This document shows, piece after piece, positions 19,249 to 30,137 of a stretch of 64,000 nucleotides of DNA (positions within the stretch are counted from its first letter, which is position 1; each line of letters opens with the position of its first letter). The DNA comes from Candidatus Aminicenantes bacterium (lineage in GTDB: Bacteria > Acidobacteriota > Aminicenantia > S016-38): positions 166,713-230,712 of the forward strand of contig JALSNJ010000040.1 in NCBI GenBank assembly GCA_026987025.1, written 5' to 3'. The notes under the pieces were generated by a model. The model saw nothing but the letters and a program-made list of their open reading frames with translations. It was not told the origin of the DNA and did not search any database. The translations under genes were made by a program, and so were the position numbers.

Positions 19249-20394
19249 ATGGGAAGGAGACATTTCTTTACATCAGAATCCGTAACCGAAGGCCATCCGG
19301 ATAAAATAGCGGATCAGATTTCCGATGCCATCCTGGATGAACTTATTAAACAGGATCCGAATTCCAGGGTGGCGGTGGAGACCTTGGTGACCACCGGCCT
19401 CGCCTTCATAGCCGGTGAAGTTACCACCAAGGCCTACGCTGACCTGCCGTCCATAGTCCGCCAGACCATAAAGGAAATAGGATACACCAGGGCAAAGTTC
19501 GGCTTCGATTACGAGACCTGTGCGGTGATATCCTCCATCCACGAGCAGTCCCCGGATATAGCCCTGGGCGTGGATACAGGGGGAGCCGGTGACCAGGGGA
19601 TCATGTTCGGTTATGCGGTCAGGGAAACCGAAGAGCTCATGCCCCTTCCTATAATGCTGGCCCATAAATTGGCCATGAGGCTGGCCCAGGTCAGAAAGGA
19701 AGGTATCCTGGATTTCCTGAGGCCGGACGGGAAAACCCAGGTTACGGTGGAATACGAGGATAAAAAACCGGTTAGAGTGGACGCCATCGTGGTTTCCACC
19801 CAGCACGATGAAAAAGTTTCCCTGGATGAAATAAAAGAAGCTTTGATAAAACATGTGATAACCCCCATAATTCCCCTGGGAATGATAGACAAGGACACCA
19901 AGTATTACATAAATCCCACGGGCAAGTTCGTTATAGGCGGGCCCATGGGAGATACTGGCCTTACTGGAAGGAAGGTTATAGTGGACACCTACGGGGGAAG
20001 GGCTTATCACGGAGGCGGATGTTTTTCGGGGAAGGATCCTACAAAGGTGGACCGCTCTGCTTCCTACATGGCCCGTTACATAGCAAAGAACATAGTGGCG
20101 GCAGGCCTTGCGGACGAGGTTTCCGTCCAGCTTGCCTACGCCATCGGTGTGGCGGAGCCGGTTTCTGTTTTCGTGGAAACCTTTGGAACAGGGAAGGTTC
20201 CGGAGGAAAGGCTGGAGAAGGCTATAAGGGAAGTTTTTCCCCTCACTCCCAGGGGGATGATTGAACACCTTGACCTTCTCAGGCCCATCTACAAAAAAAC
20301 AGCGGCCTACGGACATTTTGGCAGGAAGGACCCTGACTTTACCTGGGAGAAAACCGACAAGGTTGAGGAGCTGAGGGAGGCTGTGAAGGTATGA
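19249..20394 (+). CDS. metK: S-adenosylmethionine synthetase
   Basis: [24 protein letters not shown], the GGGAFSGKD-like loop (GGGCFSGKD), and [14 protein letters not shown]. Confidence 0.95.
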   Translation: MGRRHFFTSESVTEGHPDKIADQISDAILDELIKQDPNSRVAVETLVTTGLAFIAGEVTTKAYADLPSIVRQTIKEIGYTRAKFGFDYETCAVISSIHEQSPDIALGVDTGGAGDQGIMFGYAVRETEELMPLPIMLAHKLAMRLAQVRKEGILDFLRPDGKTQVTVEYEDKKPVRVDAIVVSTQHDEKVSLDEIKEALIKHVITPIIPLGMIDKDTKYYINPTGKFVIGGPMGDTGLTGRKVIVDTYGGRAYHGGGCFSGKDPTKVDRSASYMARYIAKNIVAAGLADEVSVQLAYAIGVAEPVSVFVETFGTGKVPEERLEKAIREVFPLTPRGMIEHLDLLRPIYKKTAAYGHFGRKDPDFTWEKTDKVEELREAVKV

Positions 20395-21647
20395 GATACC
20401 ATGTGAAGGACCTTTCCCTTGCCGATGAAGGCAAGCTCAGAATAGAGTGGGCCGAAGCCCAGATGCCTGTGCTTCGCAGGATCAGGGAAGAGTTCAGAAA
20501 AACCAGGCCCCTTCACGGAGTGAGGATAGCAGCCTGTTTACATGTGACCACAGAAACCGCCAACCTTATGATAACTCTTAAAGAAGGGGGGGCTCAGCTG
20601 GCACTCACCGCCTCCAATCCCCTTTCCACCCAGGACGATGTGGCTGCTGCGCTGGTTAAACATTTTGAGATACCCGTCTTTGCGATTAAAGGGGAGGACG
20701 AGAAAACCTATTATCAACATATAGAATCTGCCCTGGCCATAGAACCGGACCTGACCATGGACGATGGAGCTGACCTGGTTTCCACCCTTCATCGCAGGGG
20801 AGGTGCTGCTTTGGAAAAAGTGGTGGGTGGAACGGAAGAAACCACCACCGGAGTTATAAGGCTTAGGGCTATGGCCAAGGACGGGGTTCTTGCCTATCCC
20901 ATAATAGCGGTGAACGATGCCTACACCAAGCACCTTTTTGACAACCGCTACGGTACCGGACAGAGCACCATAGACGGGATATTGAGGGCTACTAACATTC
21001 TTCTGGCAGGAGCTGTTTTTGTGGTGGCAGGCTACGGCTGGTGTGGAAGGGGAGTGGCCATGAGGGCCAGGGGGGCCGGGGCCAAGGTGGTGATAACCGA
21101 AGTGGACCCCCTCAGGGCCCTGGAGGCCAACATGGACGGTTTCATGGTTATGAGGATGGAAGATGCTGCGAAGATAGGGGACATTTTCGTTACCGTCACC
21201 GGAGATAAACATGTAATTAGGAGAGAACACTTTGAACTGATGAAGGACGGTGCAGTGGTGGCCAACGCAGGGCATTTCAATGTGGAGATAGACATACCTG
21301 CCTTAGAGGATATGTCTATTTCTAAAAGAAGGATCAGGGAGTTTGTGGACGAATACAGGCTCCCCGACGGAAGGAGGATATACCTCCTGGCGGAGGGAAG
21401 GCTCATCAACCTTTCCGCCGCCGAAGGACATCCAGCGGCGGTTATGGACATGAGCTTTGCCAATCAGGCTCTTTCCGTGGTTTATCTCAAGGAGAACGCT
21501 AAAAATTTGGAGAGAAAGGTCTACAGGGTCCCCGAAGAAATAGATCGCAGAATAGCCAGAATGAAGCTGGACGCCCTGGGAATAAAAATAGATGAGCTTA
21601 CCCCTGAACAGAGGTCATACCTTGAAACCTGGAAGGAGGGAACATAA
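20391..21647 (+). CDS. ahcY: Adenosylhomocysteinase
   Basis: [25 protein letters not shown], the NAD-binding GYGWCGRG(V)A motif, and the C-terminal NAD-domain. Overlaps metK by 4 nt. Confidence 0.95.
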   Translation: MRYHVKDLSLADEGKLRIEWAEAQMPVLRRIREEFRKTRPLHGVRIAACLHVTTETANLMITLKEGGAQLALTASNPLSTQDDVAAALVKHFEIPVFAIKGEDEKTYYQHIESALAIEPDLTMDDGADLVSTLHRRGGAALEKVVGGTEETTTGVIRLRAMAKDGVLAYPIIAVNDAYTKHLFDNRYGTGQSTIDGILRATNILLAGAVFVVAGYGWCGRGVAMRARGAGAKVVITEVDPLRALEANMDGFMVMRMEDAAKIGDIFVTVTGDKHVIRREHFELMKDGAVVANAGHFNVEIDIPALEDMSISKRRIREFVDEYRLPDGRRIYLLAEGRLINLSAAEGHPAAVMDMSFANQALSVVYLKENAKNLERKVYRVPEEIDRRIARMKLDALGIKIDELTPEQRSYLETWKEGT

Positions 21648-22402
21648 TGGGAGAGAATCACTGGACCACAGAAATAACGAAAATTGAACCCAACAAAATA
21701 GTGGTAAGGGGCTACAGAATTGACCAGTTAATGGGTAAATACTCTTTTCCTCAGGTGATCTACCTTATTTTGAAGGGGGAGCTACCCGACGAGCGCACAG
21801 GGAAAATTATAGATGCCATTCTGGTTTCATCGGTGGACCACGGGGCCACTCCTCCTTCCACTCTGGCAGCCAGGACCATAGCCTCCACCGGTTCCCCCCT
21901 CAACGCTGCCTTGGCCGGTGGAATTCTGGCCATTTACAAATACCACGGCGGAGCCATTGAAAATGCCATGAGACAGTTCAAGGAGATAGTGGAAGGGGGA
22001 AAGGATGTGAGGCAGTGGGTAGAGGAGAAGCTGAAGAACAAGCAGATAATCTACGGCTTCGGACACCGCTACCACAAAAACGACCCCAGAACCGCCAGGC
22101 TCTTCCAGATGGCGGAGGAGCTGGGATTTGCCGGCGAATATGTGAGGGCAGCCAGGGAGGTAGCCTCCGCCATTGAGGAGATAAAGGGCAAGCGACTCCC
22201 GGTGAATGTGGACGGGGCTATAGCAGCTATCCTATGCGAACTGGAATTTCCCCCGGAACTCGGAAATGCCTTCTTTATCATGGCCAGAACCCCGGGACTC
22301 ATAGCCCACATTTACGAGGAGCAGACCAGGATGAAACCCATGAGAAAGATAGACCCTGTAGACCACGAATATGTAGGGCCGCCGGAGAAGGATTTGACTT
22401 AA
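21647..22402 (+). CDS. Short citrate-synthase-family protein (citryl-CoA lyase-like)
   Basis: 251 aa carrying the citrate-synthase C-terminal catalytic signature YGFGHRYHKNDPR (compare GFGHRVY) and ARTPGLIAHIYEEQ (compare SRALGVLAH…E). Same length class as the Ccl of rTCA-using Aquificae. Start overlaps the ahcY stop (TAATG). Confidence 0.6.
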   Translation: MGENHWTTEITKIEPNKIVVRGYRIDQLMGKYSFPQVIYLILKGELPDERTGKIIDAILVSSVDHGATPPSTLAARTIASTGSPLNAALAGGILAIYKYHGGAIENAMRQFKEIVEGGKDVRQWVEEKLKNKQIIYGFGHRYHKNDPRTARLFQMAEELGFAGEYVRAAREVASAIEEIKGKRLPVNVDGAIAAILCELEFPPELGNAFFIMARTPGLIAHIYEEQTRMKPMRKIDPVDHEYVGPPEKDLT

Positions 22403-22428
22403 CCGAAAGGGTAAGTTAGAATTTCCAG

Positions 22429-22953
22429 ATGTTAATTCCCGTTGAAAAAATAGGTCCCAAAGGATTGGATTTGAGCCTTTATCTGATGGTAAATAAGGCG
22501 AGGCTCACGGAAGGGAAGGCTTCTTCTCCTATACACCTTAAGGTGAAGATCCGTAAGAAGGGGAATTTAATAAAGGCATGGGGAAAGGTAGAGGGAGAGG
22601 TTATGCTTACATGTAGCCGCTGCGCCGAGGAATTTCCCTTCCGAATAAACTCCAGCTTCTCCCTGGACCTGCTTCCCTTAGAGGAGCTTTCCAGCGGGGA
22701 GATGGAGCTGGAGGAAAAGGACATGGACACTGCCTTTTACAGCGAGGGAAATCTGGACCTGGACGCTCTGGCAGCGGACCAGATAAACCTTTCCATCCCC
22801 ATGAAGCCTCTTTGCAGGCCGGACTGCAAGGGTATATGCCCTGTCTGCGGAGCAAATAGAAACAAAGTGGATTGTGGCCACAGGCCGGAGACAAAGGACC
22901 CCAGGCTTTCTAAATTAAAATTCCTCCTGGAGGTTAAAAATGGCACAGCCTAA
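22429..22953 (+). CDS. yceD: YceD/DUF177 family protein (large-subunit accumulation factor)
   Basis: Two Cys pairs (CSRC…CPVCGAN) and the conserved position immediately upstream of rpmF. Confidence 0.7.
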   Translation: MLIPVEKIGPKGLDLSLYLMVNKARLTEGKASSPIHLKVKIRKKGNLIKAWGKVEGEVMLTCSRCAEEFPFRINSSFSLDLLPLEELSSGEMELEEKDMDTAFYSEGNLDLDALAADQINLSIPMKPLCRPDCKGICPVCGANRNKVDCGHRPETKDPRLSKLKFLLEVKNGTA

Positions 22954-23134
22954 GAGAAGACATTCAAGGTCCCGCAAGGGCAAAAGGCGTTCCCATCATC
23001 ACCTTAAAATGCCTGCCCTTTCCATATGCCCCAAGTGCGGAAATCCCTACATGCCCCACAGAGCCTGCCCTTATTGCGGGTATTACAAAGGAAGGCTTGT
23101 AATTCAGCCCATGGAAGAATACCTTGAAACATGA
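22940..23134 (+). CDS. rpmF: 50S ribosomal protein L32
   Basis: MAQPKRRHSRSRKGKRRSHHHLK…CPKCG…CPYCGYYKGRLV. Confidence 0.9.
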   Translation: MAQPKRRHSRSRKGKRRSHHHLKMPALSICPKCGNPYMPHRACPYCGYYKGRLVIQPMEEYLET

Positions 23135-24192
23135 AAATAGGAATTGATGGGATGGGGGGTGATTTCGCCCCCTTAAACATCGTGGAGGGAGTGGTGTTAG
23201 CCGCCCAGAAGACAGAGGATGAGGAGTTCGTGATTTACGGTCCGGAAAACCTCATAAGCAGGGAACTGGCCAAGTATCCCCCCCTGAAAAACATCAAAAT
23301 AGCTCATGCCCCTGAAGTGGTGGGCATGGGGGATAGTGTTTTATCCCTTCTCAGGAGAAAAAGGAGAACCTCCCTTCATCTGGGCCTTGAGGACCTGGCT
23401 AAGGGAAAGATAGATGCCTTTCTTTCGGCCGGGAACACCGCCGCCGTGGTGGCTCTTTCAAGAAAAATCGTAGGGACCGAGGAGGGCATAGAGAGGGGAG
23501 CTATACTGGTGGTGCTTCCCTCCCTTAAAGGGGAATTCGTTATGATAGATGCCGGGGCCAATGTTTACGCCAAGGGGCCGGACTACAGAAGGAATGCCAT
23601 AATAGGAAAGACCTTCTCCCAAGTAATTTTAGGGAAGAAGGAGCCCAGGGTTGCTCTTTTGAACATAGGTGAGGAATCCACCAAGGGGCACAGGGTTTTG
23701 AAGGAAGTGCATAAATCCCTCCGGGAAGCCCCCTTTAAATTTATAGGGAATGTGGAGAGCAGGGAGATATTCTTCAATAAGGCCGATGTGGTTCTTACCG
23801 ATGGATTTGTGGGAAACATAGTTCTCAAACTGGCCGAGGGGCTGGCAGAGCTTTTCGTAAGGTATTTGAAGGAAGCCCTTAAGGAAAAGTTTTTGTATAA
23901 AATAGGCTTTATCCTTTCGCGGGGTGCTTTTAAGAAATTGAGGGACAGGCTGGATTATTCGGAATACGGGGGAGGTCTTCTCGTGGGCTTTAAGGGGAAT
24001 ATAGTGGTTGCCCACGGAAGGAGCAGCGGAAGGGCCATAGAGAACGCCATACTATTTGCCAGGAGACTCCCTATGTCCAGGTTCAGGGAAGCATGGAGGC
24101 AGGAGGTGCTGAAGCACATACATTGGGTTGAAAAAGGAGAAAGGAGGGAAAATGGGAGTAATAGTAACGGGACTTGGAGCCTCGCTTCCTGA
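23131..24192 (+). CDS. plsX: Phosphate acyltransferase PlsX
   Basis: MKIGIDGMGGDFAP N-terminus and PlsX core motifs (VIYGPEN, GNTAAVVA). Confidence 0.9.
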   Translation: MKIGIDGMGGDFAPLNIVEGVVLAAQKTEDEEFVIYGPENLISRELAKYPPLKNIKIAHAPEVVGMGDSVLSLLRRKRRTSLHLGLEDLAKGKIDAFLSAGNTAAVVALSRKIVGTEEGIERGAILVVLPSLKGEFVMIDAGANVYAKGPDYRRNAIIGKTFSQVILGKKEPRVALLNIGEESTKGHRVLKEVHKSLREAPFKFIGNVESREIFFNKADVVLTDGFVGNIVLKLAEGLAELFVRYLKEALKEKFLYKIGFILSRGAFKKLRDRLDYSEYGGGLLVGFKGNIVVAHGRSSGRAIENAILFARRLPMSRFREAWRQEVLKHIHWVEKGERRENGSNSNGTWSLAS

Positions 24193-25135
24193 GCGCAGGC
24201 TAACCAACGAGGACCTTGAAAGGATGGTGGATACCTCCGACGAATGGATAACCACCAGGACCGGCATTAAGGAAAGAAGGATAGCGGGAGAAGATGAACC
24301 CAGCTCCAAATTCGCTATAGCTGCCGGGCGTCAGGCCCTGGAAGATGCAGGGTTGAAACCCAGCGATATTGATGCTGTGATTGTAGCTACCGTTACCCCT
24401 GACATGATGTTCCCCTCCACCGGCTGCATAGTAGCCAGCCAGCTGGGGATGGGTGAGATTCCCGCCTTTGACATATCCGCCGGATGCTCGGGTTTTATAT
24501 ACGCCATGAGCATAGCAGATTCCTTCATACGCAGCGGGAAGGCTGAAAATGTTTTGATAATAGGCGTGGAAACCCTGAGCAAAATTACCGATTGGACCGA
24601 CCGAAGCACATGCATCCTTTTCGGGGATGGGGCTGGGGCTGCGGTGCTTTCCCGCTCCGAGGAGGAGGGCATACTTTCCATAGAGCTTAGAGCCGATGGA
24701 AGCAAAGGGGAGCTTCTCTACATGCCCGCCGGAGGGAGCCGCCTTCCAGCCTCGGAATACACAGTGAAGAATCGCCTCCACTATATCAAGATGAACGGTA
24801 GGGAGGTATTCAAGCACGCGGTAACCAAGATGCCCGCCATATCCAAACTCGCCTTAGAGAAGGCTGGCGTGGATGTGAAGGATGTCTCCATATTCATACC
24901 CCATCAGGCCAATCAGAGGATAACGGTATCCACCGGGGAAAGGCTGGGCATAGATTTAAACAGGGTTTATTCCAACATAGATAGGTTCGGAAATACCTCC
25001 GCCGCTTCCATTCCCATAGCGTGGAGGGAGGCCTACGAAAAGGGGCTTATAAAGAAGGATGATATAATACTGCTGGCGGCCTTTGGAGCCGGTTTTACAT
25101 GGGGGGCTGCTGTGGTAAAATGGAGGAAACCATGA
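24152..25135 (+). CDS. fabH: 3-oxoacyl-ACP synthase III
   Basis: Active-site Cys context DISAGCSGFIYAM, and HQANQRI and FGNTSAASIP motifs. The start is either 24128 or 24152 and overlaps the plsX tail. Confidence 0.9.
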   Translation: MGVIVTGLGASLPERRLTNEDLERMVDTSDEWITTRTGIKERRIAGEDEPSSKFAIAAGRQALEDAGLKPSDIDAVIVATVTPDMMFPSTGCIVASQLGMGEIPAFDISAGCSGFIYAMSIADSFIRSGKAENVLIIGVETLSKITDWTDRSTCILFGDGAGAAVLSRSEEEGILSIELRADGSKGELLYMPAGGSRLPASEYTVKNRLHYIKMNGREVFKHAVTKMPAISKLALEKAGVDVKDVSIFIPHQANQRITVSTGERLGIDLNRVYSNIDRFGNTSAASIPIAWREAYEKGLIKKDDIILLAAFGAGFTWGAAVVKWRKP

Positions 25136-25857
25136 GAATGAAGGATAAGGTAGCTTTAATAACCGGAGGTAGCAGGGGTATAGGAAGGGCCATCGCCGAG
25201 AGGCTTATAAGTGAAGGGGCTAAGGTATGGATAGCCGATATCAACGAGGAACTCCTGGAGAAAACCTCCCGGGAGATAGGTGCCAGGGCGGTGAAGATGG
25301 ATGTTACCAGGGAAGAGGAAGTGGGCTCTGCCGTGGAGAAAATCTTAAAGGAAGAAGGTAGAATAGACTATCTCGTAAATAATGCCGGCATAACCAAGGA
25401 CAGGCTCTTGATGAGGATGAAGAGGCAGGATTGGGACGCGGTTCTGAATGTCAATCTTACCGGGGCCTTCATAGTGACGAAGGCGGTGATCCCTCATATG
25501 ATAAGGAAAAGGAGCGGAGCCATAGTGAACATTGCTTCGGTCATAGGGGAAATGGGAAATGCCGGACAGGCCAATTATGCGGCCTCCAAGGGAGGCCTTA
25601 TAGCCTTTACCAAGGCTGTAGCCAAGGAGGTAGCCTCCAGAAATGTAAGGGTAAACGCCGTGGCCCCGGGCTTCATCCTTACCCCCATGACAGAAGCTTT
25701 GCCCGAGAAAGTTAAAGAAGAGTATTTCAGGTTGATCCCCATGAAGAGATTTGCCCAGCCTGAGGAGGTGGCCTCGGTGGTGGCCTTTCTCCTTAGCGAC
25801 GATGCCTCCTACATAACCGGGGAGGTGATAAGGGTAAACGGCGGCTTATATACCTAA
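25132..25857 (+). CDS. fabG: 3-oxoacyl-ACP reductase (SDR)
   Basis: [17 protein letters not shown] (TGxxxGIG), NNAG, and the YAASKGG catalytic Tyr/Lys. ATG overlaps the fabH stop (ATGA). Confidence 0.85.
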   Translation: MRMKDKVALITGGSRGIGRAIAERLISEGAKVWIADINEELLEKTSREIGARAVKMDVTREEEVGSAVEKILKEEGRIDYLVNNAGITKDRLLMRMKRQDWDAVLNVNLTGAFIVTKAVIPHMIRKRSGAIVNIASVIGEMGNAGQANYAASKGGLIAFTKAVAKEVASRNVRVNAVAPGFILTPMTEALPEKVKEEYFRLIPMKRFAQPEEVASVVAFLLSDDASYITGEVIRVNGGLYT

Positions 25858-25880
25858 AAACTACATATAAGGAGGTTCGC

Positions 25881-26126
25881 ATGACCAGAGAAGAAATCGA
25901 AGCCAAGGTTAAGGAAATTATTGCGGAAAAACTTACGGTGGATGAGGACAAATTGGTACCAGAAGCCAAGCTTATTGAGGATTTAGGGGCTGACTCCTTG
26001 GATATTCCAGACCTGGTGGCCGATTTTGAGGAGACCTTTGACATTGAGATTCCCGACGAGGACCTTGAAAAAATAGTAACCATAGGGGATATCGTGGACT
26101 ACATAGCCAACAAGCTGGGAGTATGA
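25881..26126 (+). CDS. acpP: Acyl carrier protein
   Basis: 81 aa with the LGADSLD phosphopantetheine-attachment motif. Confidence 0.9.
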   Translation: MTREEIEAKVKEIIAEKLTVDEDKLVPEAKLIEDLGADSLDIPDLVADFEETFDIEIPDEDLEKIVTIGDIVDYIANKLGV

Positions 26127-27367
26127 GAAGGGTTGTAGTTACGGGAATAGGTATAGTCTCGCCTATAGGAATAGGGGTAGAGGAGAACTGGAACTCTTTA
26201 AGGGAAGGGAGGAGCGGTGTAGGTCCCATCACCCACTTTGATGCCTCCTCCCTCCCTTCAAGAATAGCCGGGGAAGTGAAAAATTTCTTCCCGGAAAAAT
26301 GGTTGTCCCCTAAGGATGCTAAAAGGCTTCCCCTTTTTCTTCAGTATGCGGCGGTGGCAGCCCAGGAGGCCTTTTCCATGGCCGGTCTGGAGGTTTCGGA
26401 CGAACTCGGGGAGAGGATGGGGGTGGCCATCGGCTCAGGCATAGGGGGAATAGGGGATATAGAAAAAAACACCCTGATACTAAAAGAGAAGGGATGGAAG
26501 AAAATATCCCCCTATTTCATTCCCTATGCCATTATAAACATGGCTTCCGGCTATGTGGCCATTCAGTTTAAGGCTTATGGTCCCAACCTTTCGGTGGTGA
26601 CGGCCTGCGCCACAGGGACCCATGCCATAGGGGAGGCCTTCAAGATGATACAGCGGGGGGCGGCGGATGTCATGATAGCCGGGGGAACCGAAAGCCCAAT
26701 AACTCCCTTAGGGGTGGCGGGTTTTTCCGCCATGAGGGCCCTTTCCACCCGGAACCACGAGCCTGAGAAAGCATCAAGACCCTTTGACAGAGAAAGGGAC
26801 GGGTTCGTGGTAGCCGAGGGAGCCGGGATATTGATTCTTGAAGCCTTGGAGCACGCCAGGGCCAGAGGGGCAAAGATAATAGCGGAAATCGTGGGATACG
26901 GGATGAGTTCCGATGCCTTCCACATAACGGCCCCGGACAAATCCGGGCACGGGGCTGCCAAGGCCATGAAGGCAGCCCTGGAGGACGCTGGAATATCCCC
27001 CCAGCAGGTGGATTACATCAACGCCCATGGGACATCCACCCTTCTCAACGATGTAACGGAGACCAGGGCCATAAAAATGGTCTTCGGCGACCGCGCCTAC
27101 AAAATCCCGGTGAGCTCCACCAAGTCTATGACCGGACACATGCTGGGAGCCGCCGGAGCTGCGGAGGCCATATACACTATTCTGGCGGTAAGCAGGGACT
27201 TTGTGCCCCCCACCATAAACTACGAAGTCCCGGACCCTGAGTGCGACCTGGATTATGTTCCCAACCGGGGAAGGGAAACCGTGGTGAACTATGCCCTGAG
27301 CAATTCCTTCGGCTTCGGGGGAACCAACGCCACCCTTCTCATAAAAAAATACACGGAGGGACCATGA
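26123..27367 (+). CDS. fabF: 3-oxoacyl-ACP synthase II
   Basis: [14 protein letters not shown], active-site [21 protein letters not shown] and [10 protein letters not shown]. Confidence 0.9.
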   Translation: MRRVVVTGIGIVSPIGIGVEENWNSLREGRSGVGPITHFDASSLPSRIAGEVKNFFPEKWLSPKDAKRLPLFLQYAAVAAQEAFSMAGLEVSDELGERMGVAIGSGIGGIGDIEKNTLILKEKGWKKISPYFIPYAIINMASGYVAIQFKAYGPNLSVVTACATGTHAIGEAFKMIQRGAADVMIAGGTESPITPLGVAGFSAMRALSTRNHEPEKASRPFDRERDGFVVAEGAGILILEALEHARARGAKIIAEIVGYGMSSDAFHITAPDKSGHGAAKAMKAALEDAGISPQQVDYINAHGTSTLLNDVTETRAIKMVFGDRAYKIPVSSTKSMTGHMLGAAGAAEAIYTILAVSRDFVPPTINYEVPDPECDLDYVPNRGRETVVNYALSNSFGFGGTNATLLIKKYTEGP

Positions 27368-27918
27368 CTGTAATATTGATTATTCTGGGGATAGCGGTTT
27401 TACTGGTTTTCTGGTATGTGGCAACTTACAACAAATTCGTCCGCCTTCGCCAACAGGTAAAGAACGCCTGGGCACAGATAGATGTTCAGCTTAAAAGAAG
27501 GCACGACCTCATACCCAACCTGGTGAATTCAGTTAAGGGCTACATGCAACACGAAAGGGGAACCCTGGAGGCGGTGATCAACGCCCGCTCTAAGGCAGTT
27601 TCTGCCGCCACTCCCGAGGAGGCCATTGAGGCAGAGGGTGAACTTACCAGGGCTTTGAGGCAGCTTCTGGCGGTGGTGGAGAATTACCCTAACCTCAAGG
27701 CCGACCAGCATGTGCTGGAGCTTATGGAAGAGCTCAGAAACACGGAAAATCAGATAGCCTTTGCTCGCCAGGCTTACAACGATACGGTCATGATTTTCAA
27801 CTCCTCCATAAAGAAAATACCGGATTCCATAGTTGCTTCCCAGATGGGGCTTAAGGAATATCCCTTCTGGGAAATTGAGGAAGAGGGGGACAGGGAAGTT
27901 CCGGAGGTCCGTTTCTGA
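27364..27918 (+). CDS. lemA: LemA family membrane protein
   Basis: N-terminal TM followed by [33 protein letters not shown], the LemA consensus. ATG overlaps the fabF stop. Confidence 0.8.
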   Translation: MTVILIILGIAVLLVFWYVATYNKFVRLRQQVKNAWAQIDVQLKRRHDLIPNLVNSVKGYMQHERGTLEAVINARSKAVSAATPEEAIEAEGELTRALRQLLAVVENYPNLKADQHVLELMEELRNTENQIAFARQAYNDTVMIFNSSIKKIPDSIVASQMGLKEYPFWEIEEEGDREVPEVRF

Positions 27919-27936
27919 GGGGATGAGGGGTAGGAG

Positions 27937-29502
27937 GTGAGGGGCAAAACCTTCTGGGACATAGAGAGGTCCCGTAGGAGGGCTGCCTGGATCCTCTTCC
28001 TCCTGTTCTTCCCTTTCTTTACCCTTTCCCTGGTGGGGCTGTTCTATATCCTGAGGTTTACCGGTTTTCTCTGGGGGGGGAAATTTCCGGAGTTCCTGGG
28101 GGTGGCTTCCCTTATCTCCTTGGTGGTCTTCCTCATAGGAAAAGCCGGGGCCAAAAGGGAGAAGATCTTAGAATATTTAGTTTCCCTCAGGGCCCAAAGG
28201 CCGGACCTGCAGGACCTGAAGCACAAACAGGCTCAGAATGTGGTGAGGGAGATGGCTATAGCGGCTTCGGTTAAGGAACCGCAGCTGTACATAATCCCGG
28301 TTCTGGCCAGGAATGCTTTTTCCGCCTTTGACATAATAGCCGTTACCGAAGGAGCAGTTTCCTCCCTGGAGAGGGACGAACTTCAGGCGGTGGTGGCCCA
28401 TGAGATGGCCCATTATCTGAGGGGAGATTCCTATTACAAGGGCATAATATCCACCTTTCTCATGACCATAACCTCCCTCTTTGGAGCTTCCTTAGTCTTG
28501 GCGGGTTTATCCGACGATGAAAAGGGAAGAACTCGTCGGGGCGGGGGAGGAAGGATGTGGCTGATTGTGGCCTATCTTTATCTTGTCCAGTTTATGGCCA
28601 GGGTTCTCAATGCGGCCATTTCCAGGAGGATGGAGGAGCTGGCTGATGCCAGGGCCGTACAATTTACCAGAAACCCTCTGGCCCTGGCCTCTGCCCTTTA
28701 TAAAATCTCCAGGGACAGGGTGAGGGGACTGGCTTCCTTCGCCAATCCTGCCCTTTCCTCCCTTTTTATAATGCCCCCTACCGCCAGTTCCTTAGATGAG
28801 GGAAGCGGCCTCTTCTCCAACCTTTTCTCCACCCATCCCCCCATAAACAAGAGGATAGGCCTGCTTCTGGACCTTGCCCATTCGGATTGGGGAACTCTTA
28901 GGGATAGGGCTACTAGGAGAAAGCCCACCGGGGAGTGGTGGGTGGAAAGGGAAGGAAAATGGTTGGGCCCCTTTACCTTGGAGGAGCTCTTTCAAAAAAC
29001 ATGGCTCAGGGAAGGGGTAAAAATAAAGGGCAAAGAGAGGGAATTCGTATTCGGTCCTGAATTCCTGAAGAACTTCCAGAAAATTCAGGGGGGGTGTCCC
29101 CGGTGCGGAGGTCCCCTTTTCAACACACATTACCAGTTTGTCCCTGTCATAAAATGTGGAAGGTGCGGGGGTATCCTGGTCAGGGAAGGCAGGGCCATGA
29201 AGCTTATAGCCAGGGGAGAGGCCCTTATAACGAAGGGTGAGAAGAAGATCTCGGAGGAGGATCTGGAGGAGAAGAGGAAAATACTCCTGAAGAAGGGAGC
29301 CGACCCCAGGGCAGTGGACCCTTCCGAGGCCCTGCGATGCCCCTTTTGCGGAAAGCCCATGGAAAGGAGGTTTTTCAACTTCGTTACCTATACTCCAGTG
29401 GATTATTGTAAAAGGTGCGGATACATATTCTTTGATTCCGGGGAGCTGGAGATAATAATATCCGGTCTGCAGAGGCTCAGTTCCCTTTACAAAAAGGCGT
29501 AA
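27937..29502 (+). CDS. Membrane M48-family Zn-metallopeptidase (HtpX-like) fused to a GYF_2-like domain and two TFIIB-type zinc-ribbon domains
   Basis: HEXXH as VVAHEMAHYLRGD. N-terminal TM helices. A GYF_2-like stretch WWVEREGKWLGPFTLEELFQKTWL. Two zinc-ribbon pairs: CPRCGGPL…CGRCGG, and CPFCGKPM…CKRCGYIFFDSGELE. Confidence 0.7.
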   Translation: MRGKTFWDIERSRRRAAWILFLLFFPFFTLSLVGLFYILRFTGFLWGGKFPEFLGVASLISLVVFLIGKAGAKREKILEYLVSLRAQRPDLQDLKHKQAQNVVREMAIAASVKEPQLYIIPVLARNAFSAFDIIAVTEGAVSSLERDELQAVVAHEMAHYLRGDSYYKGIISTFLMTITSLFGASLVLAGLSDDEKGRTRRGGGGRMWLIVAYLYLVQFMARVLNAAISRRMEELADARAVQFTRNPLALASALYKISRDRVRGLASFANPALSSLFIMPPTASSLDEGSGLFSNLFSTHPPINKRIGLLLDLAHSDWGTLRDRATRRKPTGEWWVEREGKWLGPFTLEELFQKTWLREGVKIKGKEREFVFGPEFLKNFQKIQGGCPRCGGPLFNTHYQFVPVIKCGRCGGILVREGRAMKLIARGEALITKGEKKISEEDLEEKRKILLKKGADPRAVDPSEALRCPFCGKPMERRFFNFVTYTPVDYCKRCGYIFFDSGELEIIISGLQRLSSLYKKA

Positions 29503-29534
29503 TTTTTTCTATAATCCTTTCTCAGGAGGAAGAT

Positions 29535-30137
29535 ATGAAGAGAAGCGAAAGGCACAAAATCAAAAGGGACGATTTTTCCACCTTTATGGTGAGCTTTCTC
29601 AGGAAATTGAAACCTTACTGGAAGGAAATTTCCCTGGGGGTGGCGGTTCTATTGATAGCCCTGATAGGGTGGCTTTCCTACAGAGCTTATATGAATTCCA
29701 GGATAGAAAAGGCTAATTTCTACCTTGGACAGTCCGTTTATTATAACAAGGATGTGGACCTGTCCTCCTTTCCTGACCCAATACCCACCGCAGGCAAAAT
29801 ACTTGAAGCGAAAAAAATGGCGGACAGGGGAAAGTTCAAAGAAGCCATTTCATTTTTAAGTAAAGCAAAACCGTCGGGCAGGATGAAAAGCTATCTGCTT
29901 TTTTCCCTGGGGAGCCTTTATTACGAAACCAACGACTGCGGTAAGGCCATAGAGATGTGGAATAAGATATCTCAGGAGGACGAAAACTTCCCTTACGATG
30001 CCGCCTTAGCCTTTATGGGAAGGTGCTATAAAAACCTGGGCAAGGAAAAGCAAGCCTCCGCTACCTTCAATCAGATATTAAGCCTTTACAAAAACAGTCC
30101 GTACGCAGCGGAGGCCAATTTTAGAAGGGGGGAATAG
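29535..30137 (+). CDS. Membrane-anchored TPR-repeat protein
   Basis: One N-terminal TM (ISLGVAVLLIALIGWL) followed by TPR-like helices (ALAFMGRCYKNLGKEKQASATFNQIL). Confidence 0.5.
   Translation: MKRSERHKIKRDDFSTFMVSFLRKLKPYWKEISLGVAVLLIALIGWLSYRAYMNSRIEKANFYLGQSVYYNKDVDLSSFPDPIPTAGKILEAKKMADRGKFKEAISFLSKAKPSGRMKSYLLFSLGSLYYETNDCGKAIEMWNKISQEDENFPYDAALAFMGRCYKNLGKEKQASATFNQILSLYKNSPYAAEANFRRGE

Noticed and set aside
19273-20316. 347-aa ORF antisense to metK (and a nested 96-aa one)
   Set aside because: The plus-strand metK assignment is unambiguous. In this purine-rich, GC-third-position codon regime the antisense frames are naturally stop-poor. The antisense ORF has no RBS and a Gly/Arg/His-rich nonsense composition.
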